The position numbers were made by a program, and so were the translations under genes. Shown one piece after another: positions 18,851-27,739 of a stretch of 64,000 nt of DNA (within the stretch, counting starts at the first letter, position 1; each line of letters opens with the position of its first letter). The notes beneath the pieces were generated by a model, which was not told the DNA's origin, searched no databases, and saw only the letters and a program-made list of their open reading frames with translations. This stretch comes from Candidatus Aenigmatarchaeota archaeon (GTDB lineage Archaea; Aenigmatarchaeota; Aenigmatarchaeia; JACPZZ01). The stretch is from contig JACPZZ010000017.1 in the NCBI GenBank assembly GCA_016195275.1, forward strand, positions 21,581-85,580. The letters run 5' to 3'.

Positions 18851-21800
18851 CTACGCGGGTGGGGCTTTTGTTAATGCCTGATTGTAGAGGGACAGAAAAT
18901 GGGCTGGGACACTGATACCCAGCTCTGTACGGGCAGCCTTAATGTAGCGCTCCAGATATTTCAGTGATCCGAACCGGTCTCCTAATTTCAGACAAGTCTC
19001 TGCTAGTAGATAATTTGCTTCCTCATTATAGGGGTCCGACTCGACGAGCTTTTCCAGTACCTCAACAGATCGACCCAACTCACCTCTAGCGGTATAGTAT
19101 TTGGCAACGTTCATAAGTGCACGAATGTATTTTATCTCTAGAGAAGTACGTAAACTTTGACACCAGTCTGAGTAGAATTCATTCAGGAAAGGACCTATGT
19201 ACATCTCCATTGCCCTGAGCAGATTCTCCTCTTTGACAGGGCTTTCTTCCTCACATCGCTCAGCAGTCCTTAGGCTTTCTTCAAAGACCTCAAGGTCGAA
19301 ATCTACAGGGCTCTCGGGATTGAAGCAGTATCCATCACCTTTTGAGAGCACGCACCCTGGATAAAGAGCTTGTCTAAGGCGATAGATATTCATCTTTGAT
19401 GCAGCCGCAAAGTTCTCAAGGGTAACATCCGGCCATAGAGCTTCGATGATCTCCTCCTTGGTCACCACTCTTTTGGTACAAAGGAGAAAGTAGAAGAGTT
19501 CCTTGGCCTTGCGGCTTCTCCATTCGGAATCTGTTACCTCGTGTTTGCCCAGGAAAACACTGGCTTGCCCAAAGCTAAAGACCTTCAACGGAGGCAGCGA
19601 TCTCTGAGCAGGAGACGTAGTTCTGTCCGGCTCTGTCAGTTGTGCTCTTTCACTCATTCGTCTCGCTAGTCTCGTGAAAACTCCACCTGCCCCCTTTGCT
19701 GCACCGAATTGAACAAGCTCTGAAACCTGAGCACCATCTGCCAAAAGGAAACCCTCGTAACCGAGTCTTTGCGTGATGTGGTCAAGTTCTCGTAGGCAGA
19801 CTAGGGCTTCCCGAACTTGAGTCAGTTTATAAAAGACAAGTCCCTGGTGCAGTTTTGCCTCTGCCAGGCCCCTTTGACTTCCTACCTCACCGAACATCGC
19901 CTTTGCATCCCCTAGATGCTCTGTAGCCTCTTCAAACGAGCCCATCTGGCAATACACTTTGCCAAGCGAGAGGTGATAGCGAGCGCAGATGTATCTTTCC
20001 CCCGATTGCTCGGCATCGGGAATAGCTTGTTGTAATAACGCCTCAGCTTTGGATAACTCGCCTAAATCTCGATAAGTGTTTCCAAGGCCGTTCACAGCTT
20101 CAGCGATAAGTCGCTGGTCAAGAATGCTCCGGGCCATCTCTAGCCCTTCCAGGAGGCTCGTCAAGGCATCATGGTGGAGCCCGTTAGCTCTCTGCATGAT
20201 CCCTCTGGTGATCAGGACAAAAGCCTGCGTCCAACGTTCTCCAACGGCACGCGCTACTTTGAGAGCTTCGGTAATCTCATCGAGGGCAATATCGAAGTCC
20301 CCTAAATAGTAGTAGACATTGGCGAGGTTATTAAGGGTTAACGGCAAAGCGGTGTTGTTCTCCAGCTTCAACCAGCCCTGTCGTGCCTTCTCTAGATACA
20401 TAGATGCTTTATTCAGTTCTCCTGTCTCGATGTGTACAGCAGCTAGGCCATCATTTATCGTAGAAATGAGCGGCAGATTCTGCTGCGGAGCAATGTTTGA
20501 GGCCAACTCGAAATATTCTTTCGCTCGTTGAAATTCGCCTAGGCCAGCCAGGGCGCTGGCGAGCTGGCGATACGCTTCCGACAGATCCTCTGCCCTTGCA
20601 TTATGTGATCTCAGCACTGCGATGCCCTGCTCCGCTATTTTGACGGCAGCATCAAGCCTTCCCAGAGCCCTGGAAGCAGACGCCTTGTGGACCAGCACCC
20701 GTCCGGCGGTTGCCCAATCGTTTCCCTCTGCTATTGCAGTAGCTTTATCGAATTCTTCCATTGCCCGGGCAGGGTCGCCTGACCTGAGTAACACTGCCCC
20801 TCTAACCATCAGGATATGGGGGTCCCTCTCAGACAACTCGCGAGGAAGGAGATCTAGCCAGGCAGTCAGGGTCTGCCACTTTCGTTCCTGAAGGTATCTG
20901 TCAGCCACCTGTCTGATTATTTGGGCCGCCCCTTCTGCTTCGCCAGCCTTTGTCAGATGTCTGATAGCTGCATCGTGGTTTCCCACCTGCTGGAACAGGG
21001 AGCCTGCTCTCTGGTTAAACGCCTTATATGACTCAGGTTTCTCACTACTGAACTTCCTTTCCAGATATTCCCTGAAAAGGTCATGGTACCTGTAAACCGA
21101 GTCTTCACTGCCACGTTCCTCAAGGAACAGGCCTCTCTCTTTTATCTCGTGGATCAACTGACTGGAATGAGCTAGGTTAAGCAGATTGTCACAGAGCCTC
21201 ACACTGAACTCTTTCAGGATGGACGTTTGCAGAAGGAAAGATTTGAGACGTTCGGGAAGCCCATTGAAAACTTCCTGGGTCAAGTAATCGAAGAAGACAC
21301 TTTCATTGAGGCTGGCTAAAGTCGGCGATAGAGCGTCTCTTGAGCGTGTCCTGGCGGTCAGCAATACACCTGTGACCCAGCCACCAGTACGCGTGGCTAC
21401 TTCTTGAGCTTCTTCTGTTGGCACGGACCTTTCCCAGACACTGGATAGGGCTTCAGCGATTTCTTCCACAGAAAGGCGCAGAGTCTCGTTATCAAGCCAG
21501 GAGACGTCATCTTGGGCTACAAGTTTAGGTAGACAACTAATAGACGGCTTTGTTCTGCTTGCAATGAGGAAGTGGACATTGGACGGGGAACGCTCTATGA
21601 GTAAAGACAGAGCTTCTTTCAATGCTGACTTTGTATCTATGTGGTGTACGTCATCAAATATGAAGAGTAATTTGCCCTCAACCTTGTTATGAAACGCAGT
21701 TACCAGCAGGCCAACCAGGGTGCGCCAATCTGCCGTGGACGTTCGTATGAGCCAATTCACATCCCCTTTATTACCATCCTTAAACCGACTTTCAAGGGTT

Positions 21801-22057
21801 CTTACACAATATCGGAGAAACTCTAGAGGTTCATTGTCTTCAGGAGTAAAGGAGTACCAGCACACCGGAAAATCTGAATCTGAGATAAAGTCCACGAGTA
21901 GAGTTGTTTTTCCGTAGCCAGCAGGTGCCCAGAGAATCTGAACTCTTCTGTCGAGACCTGATTTTACAATATCAAGCGGCTTCGTCCGGCGGATAATACC
22001 TTCCCGCCGCTTCGGTATAAGGATCTTCGTGATGAACGGTAAATCAGTGGTTATCAA
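18851..22057 (-). CDS. MalT-like STAND ATPase - TPR repeats - C-terminal SARP module (OmpR-type wHTH plus BTAD)
   Basis: 1068 aa; N-terminal Walker A ILWAPAGYGKTTLL as in MalT/LAL regulators; extensive TPR-like helical repeats; C-terminal LKVFSFGQASVFLGKHEVTDSEW...LWPD (trans_reg_C) plus a BTAD-like helical tail. Confidence 0.75.
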   Translation of the reverse strand: MITTDLPFITKILIPKRREGIIRRTKPLDIVKSGLDRRVQILWAPAGYGKTTLLVDFISDSDFPVCWYSFTPEDNEPLEFLRYCVRTLESRFKDGNKGDVNWLIRTSTADWRTLVGLLVTAFHNKVEGKLLFIFDDVHHIDTKSALKEALSLLIERSPSNVHFLIASRTKPSISCLPKLVAQDDVSWLDNETLRLSVEEIAEALSSVWERSVPTEEAQEVATRTGGWVTGVLLTARTRSRDALSPTLASLNESVFFDYLTQEVFNGLPERLKSFLLQTSILKEFSVRLCDNLLNLAHSSQLIHEIKERGLFLEERGSEDSVYRYHDLFREYLERKFSSEKPESYKAFNQRAGSLFQQVGNHDAAIRHLTKAGEAEGAAQIIRQVADRYLQERKWQTLTAWLDLLPRELSERDPHILMVRGAVLLRSGDPARAMEEFDKATAIAEGNDWATAGRVLVHKASASRALGRLDAAVKIAEQGIAVLRSHNARAEDLSEAYRQLASALAGLGEFQRAKEYFELASNIAPQQNLPLISTINDGLAAVHIETGELNKASMYLEKARQGWLKLENNTALPLTLNNLANVYYYLGDFDIALDEITEALKVARAVGERWTQAFVLITRGIMQRANGLHHDALTSLLEGLEMARSILDQRLIAEAVNGLGNTYRDLGELSKAEALLQQAIPDAEQSGERYICARYHLSLGKVYCQMGSFEEATEHLGDAKAMFGEVGSQRGLAEAKLHQGLVFYKLTQVREALVCLRELDHITQRLGYEGFLLADGAQVSELVQFGAAKGAGGVFTRLARRMSERAQLTEPDRTTSPAQRSLPPLKVFSFGQASVFLGKHEVTDSEWRSRKAKELFYFLLCTKRVVTKEEIIEALWPDVTLENFAAASKMNIYRLRQALYPGCVLSKGDGYCFNPESPVDFDLEVFEESLRTAERCEEESPVKEENLLRAMEMYIGPFLNEFYSDWCQSLRTSLEIKYIRALMNVAKYYTARGELGRSVEVLEKLVESDPYNEEANYLLAETCLKLGDRFGSLKYLERYIKAARTELGISVPAHFLSLYNQALTKAPPA

Positions 22058-22342
22058 ATTTACCTACCACGCCTGGATGGTAAAATCTCTGCCACGGCTG
22101 ACTCACAATTGCAGGACTGCTTCAGGAAGCCACGTACATGCTGGATGTACTCTATCACAGTCAATTCTTAGACTCACCTGTGGCAGCAGGTCTAACGAGA
22201 TTATAGCATTTCAGGAACAGCCGTTGTGACACAAAACCTATGTACACGTCGCCCAGCGAGGCGTACAGGAGCTTCACCGGAACATCCCGCTCGGCAAGGT
22301 CCCGCCGCCACCTGTATAAGCCGTCCGTGTCATTGATTATGT

Positions 22343-22849
22343 ATGAACTACCAAAACGACTTCACCCAAAAAATCTCGCAATACCTGGAGCAGCTTAGGA
22401 ACGAATTGAATGAGGACGTTCCTAGGCTCGGAGAGCTGGTTGGGGACCTAACGCTTTCTCAGGCTGACATCTACGTTGAGCAGGCCAGCGAACTTCTCGA
22501 CAATTATCATAGCATGTTCCGCCCTGACGCCGAATCCGGTGAGGCCGGTAAAACGCGAACCAACTGGTATCAGCGTCGCAAAGTCCTTCAGGAATACGAC
22601 GCCAAGATAGAGGCTGCACTCCCAGAGATATTCGAGAAGGACGGTTATGTGACGGCAGCGATTATTGAGAGCCAAGTTGGAATTGAGTCGAAAGAGGCGG
22701 AGAAGCGGTTGAGAATCCTGTCAAAGAAATACAAATGGAGAACGAGGCAGGACCCAGAGCACCCGGAGTCGATCCGTTATCTCGCGTCCCGCCTATCGAG
22801 ACAAAGCTCCGAAACGCAGCCTACCCCTGGTAAGGGAGAGCAGGGTTAG
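22343..22849 (+). CDS. hypothetical protein
   Basis: 168-aa acidic/helical ORF, no motif recognised. Confidence 0.45.
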   Translation: MNYQNDFTQKISQYLEQLRNELNEDVPRLGELVGDLTLSQADIYVEQASELLDNYHSMFRPDAESGEAGKTRTNWYQRRKVLQEYDAKIEAALPEIFEKDGYVTAAIIESQVGIESKEAEKRLRILSKKYKWRTRQDPEHPESIRYLASRLSRQSSETQPTPGKGEQG

Positions 22850-23286
22850 ACTCCTGGCCGGTTTTTTCTCCAAGTCGGCTGCCAAGGCGAAGTTCTTCAG
22901 GTGATCTGTAACTCTGCTTTTGATCCGCGCAATTCACAATCGTCATCTCATCCACCCCCTCCACCCTAGCCACCTATACATGCTTCAGTCCTTTCTCCAG
23001 GCGAGCTTTCTTGATATAATCTCCGAAAGTAGTCGGCTCACCATAGCGAGATGTGCTGAATGACAGGACAAGCGGCTTCACAAACACTTGTGCCGAATCT
23101 GCATATTGATTGTGGATTGATGCTGAACGGTTGAGTGATCATGGAGATTGCTATCATGAAGATAGGATGGCTGCGGTCTCTCGCATAACAACTAGCCGAC
23201 TGGCATCGCTCTCCACCGCCTCTCAGCTATGAGAGCCGGGTTGCCATCATAGAATTGAGGACTTCCTCACATGGCCCAAACCTGTT

Positions 23287-24996
23287 TTACCTGGCTGACA
23301 ACTTCAGCGGCAGGAAACTAACCGCATCACTCTTCACTTCAGTTAAAGTTGCGTCCATTCTATCAGGATAGTGTGAACTCAATTGATCCCTTGCCAATAT
23401 AGGCAGGATTGCTTCCAGCTCAACACTATCTCCATCTATCCAAACCTTAAGCTGGAGAGTTTCTAATAAAAGACGCCTGGCTTCAAAGCTGAATTCCTGC
23501 AATCTCCTTAACACCAGATTACAGAGTGATTTGATGCCTTCTTCGTCTAATTGCCATCGTCGCAGGTTCTTGAGACGTTGTTCAAACACCTCTTTCTCGC
23601 TGAGGAGGCGCTTGCGTTCAATTTCAATACTCGCTTTCTCTCTTTGCAGCAAGTCGTCATCGAATTCTCCAAACGAGTAAAGCCGTATTAGGCGTACCTC
23701 CCTATTGCGAAGCTTGTCAAGCATAGCATCAATTGTCTTGAGATCCTCTTCTGCTGAATCTCCGGACAAAAGGGTCTCCTGCCTTCTTCTTAGCAGCTCA
23801 TAGACAAAATCAGGGTTGGTCATGGCTTCTTCGAGTCGTTCCCAAACCAATCTCTCTAATCTTGCGGCACTATAGGTACGGTTCCTGCACTTTGTAGGGA
23901 AGTCGATGTGTTGTTTGGCTGCACAAGCATAGCTGGGAACCTTCTTCTTCGGCATTCCCCAATATCTTCTACCGCACCATTTACAGTATACGTAGCCGCT
24001 AAACAGGTATTGATGCTTGCTGTTTCTTTTGGCTAGTTCGCTATTCCTCTGAAGCTGCTTCTGGACACTGTTGAACAGTTCTTCAGTGATAATAGCTGGT
24101 GTTGCACCAGGAACTTCGATCCATTCGTCCCGCGGCCTCCAGGCCCTGCTGGTTAGTAGGCGCGAGGGATTTGACTTCAAACGCCTCTTTGGTTCTGCTG
24201 GCGTCATGGTGAATGCGTATGTCTTGCCTGTGTAAGCAGGGTTGGTGAGAACCCTGTGGACTGTGCTCTTTATCCATGTTTCCTTGCCTGAGGGACTTGG
24301 AATCCCAAGATCTCGTAGTCTCCGAACAATAGCGTTGAGAGTCAACCCTTCTTCCACAAGCCAACTGTATATTTTCTTCACGACCTCGGCGTTCTCTGGA
24401 ACGATTGCTCTGATTCCTTCTCCGTCTCCTCTGCCTGGAATATAGCGATACCCATAGGGAGAGGTATGTCCAGCGCTAGGGATTTTACCGCGCAAGGCCC
24501 GCATCTTCTTGCCGCGCGTTGTGCGCTCAAGGATTTTCTCCTTTTCTATCTGGGCAGCGTAGCCAATGACATAACGGATTAGCTGACCTTCAGGGGTATT
24601 ATCCAAAGGCTCAGTCACGAAGATCAACTCAACCTTTCTCTTTTCGCACTCCTCAGCAATGATAGCAATATGTATTGGATTCCTCGCCAGCCTGTCAGTG
24701 GAGTGTACAATGAACGCATCAATCTTCTTCTCCTTAAGAAGAAGGCGCGCGTGCATCAGTAATGGCCTGTCCAGGGTCGCGCCTGAATAATCCTCCTTAA
24801 AGATGAACTCGTCTGGGACCTCGTATCCTTTTGCCTTTGCCAGCGCCAAGCATCGCTCAAGCTGCGTCTCCAGGCTCGTGCCTTCTTCCTTTTGTCTCGT
24901 GGTGCTTACACGAGTGTAAATTGCCGCGGTTTTCATGCGTGCCTCCTTGCCGAAGTTCTCAATGGGTTTACTTCGGCTCTTGTTTTTCCAGATCAC
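23287..24996 (-). CDS. large serine recombinase (resolvase/invertase catalytic domain plus recombinase domain plus zinc ribbon plus coiled coil)
   Basis: 569 aa; N-terminal AAIYTRVSTTRQ catalytic-Ser motif; CKWCGRRY...CAAK zinc ribbon; long C-terminal coiled coil typical of large serine recombinases. Confidence 0.85.
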   Translation of the reverse strand: MIWKNKSRSKPIENFGKEARMKTAAIYTRVSTTRQKEEGTSLETQLERCLALAKAKGYEVPDEFIFKEDYSGATLDRPLLMHARLLLKEKKIDAFIVHSTDRLARNPIHIAIIAEECEKRKVELIFVTEPLDNTPEGQLIRYVIGYAAQIEKEKILERTTRGKKMRALRGKIPSAGHTSPYGYRYIPGRGDGEGIRAIVPENAEVVKKIYSWLVEEGLTLNAIVRRLRDLGIPSPSGKETWIKSTVHRVLTNPAYTGKTYAFTMTPAEPKRRLKSNPSRLLTSRAWRPRDEWIEVPGATPAIITEELFNSVQKQLQRNSELAKRNSKHQYLFSGYVYCKWCGRRYWGMPKKKVPSYACAAKQHIDFPTKCRNRTYSAARLERLVWERLEEAMTNPDFVYELLRRRQETLLSGDSAEEDLKTIDAMLDKLRNREVRLIRLYSFGEFDDDLLQREKASIEIERKRLLSEKEVFEQRLKNLRRWQLDEEGIKSLCNLVLRRLQEFSFEARRLLLETLQLKVWIDGDSVELEAILPILARDQLSSHYPDRMDATLTEVKSDAVSFLPLKLSAR

Positions 24997-25540
24997 TCAA
25001 GAGCAGTCTCGCCAACTTATCCAAAACAGGATCGAGTCCAACAAATGCGCGTGCTTCACCCATGCGCAAAACCTCTTGCGGCTCCGCTACCCTGTCAACA
25101 CTATGCACCGAGTCCGGCTCATCGAGGACCCGTTCATCTTCGCCTGGCTCCTGGAAAAGCGCAGGAAGCTCTCCTTCTTCGCTTTCCGCTCTCCCAACAC
25201 GTCTGGGTCCAGCTTTCTGTTCATTTTCTCTATGGAGGCCCTGGGATAACTGGGCATCCTCGTCTGCTTCACGACTTCCCTCAAGCTTGGGCTTCGGGGT
25301 AGGCTGGGTGGGACAGCCTACGGCATCAGCCCGTTCCTCGTCAATAGGGATAGCAGTATTGCTTTCTCTTTCTACTTCCACTTTCTCAGAGGAACTCTCC
25401 CCGGCTGGCCAGAGGGAAAGTTGCATAGCCCTGATTTGCTTCTTGCCAAGGCGTTGTGCCCGGCTTTCAAGCTGGCCCTCCTCTGTTTTCCCGACTCGCC
25501 GCCGGGTGTCCGTCTTGCGCTCTTTCATTCTCTGTTTCAC
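24968..25540 (-). CDS. hypothetical acidic protein
   Basis: 190-aa Glu/Arg-rich ORF immediately upstream of, and overlapping, the serine recombinase start; low complexity. Confidence 0.35.
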   Translation of the reverse strand: MKQRMKERKTDTRRRVGKTEEGQLESRAQRLGKKQIRAMQLSLWPAGESSSEKVEVERESNTAIPIDEERADAVGCPTQPTPKPKLEGSREADEDAQLSQGLHRENEQKAGPRRVGRAESEEGELPALFQEPGEDERVLDEPDSVHSVDRVAEPQEVLRMGEARAFVGLDPVLDKLARLLLSDLEKQEPK

Positions 25541-25557
25541 GCCGACCTGTTTCTGGT

Positions 25558-26830
25558 TTAGCCCTCATTAAGGCGTTGCCAATTACACTGCGTCACTGAA
25601 ACGAAATAGAACGCAGTCAGGGGTCTTGGGGAAGGCTTGCCTGCGCATAGGGCGATGGATGCCGGACCGGAGCGATTCGCAGAGAAGCGAGGGAAGAAAG
25701 GCATCGCTCGTTTGCGCTCTCCACATCGGACGACACTGTGGCGATGCCCTGACACAAATCGGCGGCGGTCTAAGCCCGACGCCATAAATGAATGTGAGCC
25801 GCATTGCGACCCAGAGTCTTTGTTCCGATCATTAACCATGTCTCTTACATCTTTCCGACCTGTTTCATCCCTGAAACTGATCGCGTAAGGGGATGGGTTC
25901 GGGAAACCGCGAGAGGTTTTCCGATAGGGCTTCCGAGTGAGCGCAAGCGAGCTCGCCGAGCGGAGCGAGGGGAGAAGCCCGTGAGGGTTACGGGAGCGCA
26001 GTCTCCCGATTACAAAATGGGCGGCGTCCGCCCCAATTACGCCACGGTTAGAGGGCAACAGGTGTCCCCACCGTTGCCTCTCTTTCCGATACCAGGCGTC
26101 ATCGATTGAGCCTGCAATCGCTCTGGCGATGTCCAGGCCGAACTTGCTGTCGAACCGGACGACCTGAACCTCGTCGGGTTCGTCCCAGTACAGTCGGAAT
26201 TCCTCCTCTTGGAAATCGACCAGCACTTTGGGAAGTCCTCCCTTCGATTTCGTTTGTCTGCAATTTCACAGACACCACCTCCACACACCTATTCGCGAAT
26301 CCCCGCTTGAAGCTTTCATCAGAAAGATTCAAGAACGGGGATGAGCGGTCACTTGTGGAGGTGGTGTGAAATACAGACTGAAATTGCAAGAGGGGAAGGT
26401 TTGCGAACCTTGCCCGGTCTTCCACGTCCTCGCCCGCTATCCCTTCGCCTTCCGCCCAGAGGATACGATCCGAGTAGCCCGCACCATACGAGGGATACTT
26501 TGGCTCGCGTATCCGGTAGGAGCTTCTCTCACGCCTATACGAGAGCCACAGGTTCTCGATCAGGTGGTAGGCTCTTGGCCGCCACATTCGGTATCCGGTC
26601 ATTCCGTTCGCCCTGCCTTCCTCAGCTCGCGCAGCAGTAGCTTTCCTTTCGGGCTGTCGAACGGCACGAACTCAAGAGGTCTGTCCCAACAGAACTTTCG
26701 GAACGTCCTGAGCCGAAAGTCCACGTTGTACCCATTCCACTTCAGAAACCGCCTCATACGCTCACCCCTGTTTAGGGAGAGGAACGGGGCTTCTTCCCCT
26801 TCCTTCTTTTCTTTTCAATCAACCAGATGC
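25558..26830 (-). other. decayed coding region (broken ORFs, frameshifted fragments)
   Basis: Minus-strand translations give conserved-looking stretches (MRRFLKWNGYNVDFRLRTFRKF...; MWRPRAYHLIENLWLSYRRERSSY...; MLVDFQEEEFRLYWDEPDEVQVVRF...) interrupted by stops or frame changes; also contains a degenerate copy of the island repeat at 25891-25928. Confidence 0.35.
25891..25928 (+). repeat. island repeat element, degenerate copy f
   Basis: gggttcgggaaaccgcgagaggttttccgatagg aligns to the CGGGAAACCG...AGGTTTCCGG core of copy a. Confidence 0.4.
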
Positions 26831-26833
26831 GGG

Positions 26834-27319
26834 TCATGCTTTCACCGCCGCTGCGGATTGCGAAGAAGAGGGCGCATCCTCCTTCTCCGTCTCCACCGTG
26901 CTACAGGTGGATGGCTTGGCATTTACTTTGCCGAGCAGCCACTCGGCGAAGTTGTCAGCCAACTTCTTCACACCGTCCGATGACAGCCCAGTCGGTGCCC
27001 AGCACGTTGCTGCGGCTTTCAAAGCGACTGAGTAGACCATCAAGGTCTCCCGTTCGTAGAGGCCGAAGCCCCTTGGAACGGTGTCCGACAGCTTGGCAGT
27101 CGGGGTCTCCACGACCTCAATCGCCTTAATGTTTCGGAACTTCCCGTTCTCCACATAGGCGATGGCCACCTGCTGTCCTTCTTTCACCGGACACTCTTTC
27201 TCGAAGGCGCTGTAATACTCGCCCCCGACCCTGACGGCGTACCGGTCTGGGTTTCTCCAGACCAACTCCACGCGGCCTGCCGTCAGCCGCATCCCCCTTT
27301 TTTCTTCTTTCCCTGACAT
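26834..27319 (-). CDS. hypothetical protein
   Basis: 161-aa ORF with coding-like composition (MSGKEEKRGMRLTAGRVELVWRNPDRYAVRVGGEYY...). Confidence 0.4.
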   Translation of the reverse strand: MSGKEEKRGMRLTAGRVELVWRNPDRYAVRVGGEYYSAFEKECPVKEGQQVAIAYVENGKFRNIKAIEVVETPTAKLSDTVPRGFGLYERETLMVYSVALKAAATCWAPTGLSSDGVKKLADNFAEWLLGKVNAKPSTCSTVETEKEDAPSSSQSAAAVKA

Positions 27320-27450
27320 GTTCTCTCAACTCCTTGGGATGGCTTCTTTTCGAGCCACCCCTGCTTTTTCGTTTACTTCAGTCGTGGTCGGCGCAGGCGA
27401 GGCGACCCTCACACTGAGTGCAGAGAGGAGAAACCGAGAATATGCCCAGC

Positions 27451-27521
27451 GGGGCTTATCTCGGTTTAGCCCGCCTGCGCGAGGGAAGGCCGAGCACGGG
27501 AAACCGTAGGTTTCCGGTGCC
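27451..27521 (+). repeat. island repeat element copy a (extended about 70 nt; core 27481-27521)
   Basis: ggggcttatctcggtttagccc...gagggaaggccgagcacgggaaaccgtaggtttccggtgcc; the core is nested in an outer inverted repeat CCTGCGCG...CGCGgagCGCAGG. Confidence 0.6.
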
Positions 27522-27739
27522 TTCGCGCGGAGCGCAGGTTGACCTCTAGCTGACTCTTCATCCCTCTTTCTCCGAATTGAGGAACCTGACAAGGGTGGAC
27601 GGCGCGACTTTTTCCCTGTCCGCTCTCCCAAGCTCACTCCTTACGAGTTCCTCGATCTGCCCGAGATGGGTCTTGCTCTCGCTCAGGACGATCACGCTCG
27701 CGCAGCCCAGGTTTTGGATGTTCCTCTGGTTCTCTCTTG

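Noticed and set aside
24831-25571. 246-aa + strand ORF antisense to the serine recombinase, and similar long antisense ORFs (e.g. 51950-52666 inside the methyltransferase, 15770-16168, 16215-16750, 29147-29500, 29926-30444)
   Set aside because: These are typical shadow ORFs of GC-rich DNA: low-complexity Ser/Arg/Pro/Ala-rich translations, fully overlapped by well-supported genes on the other strand.
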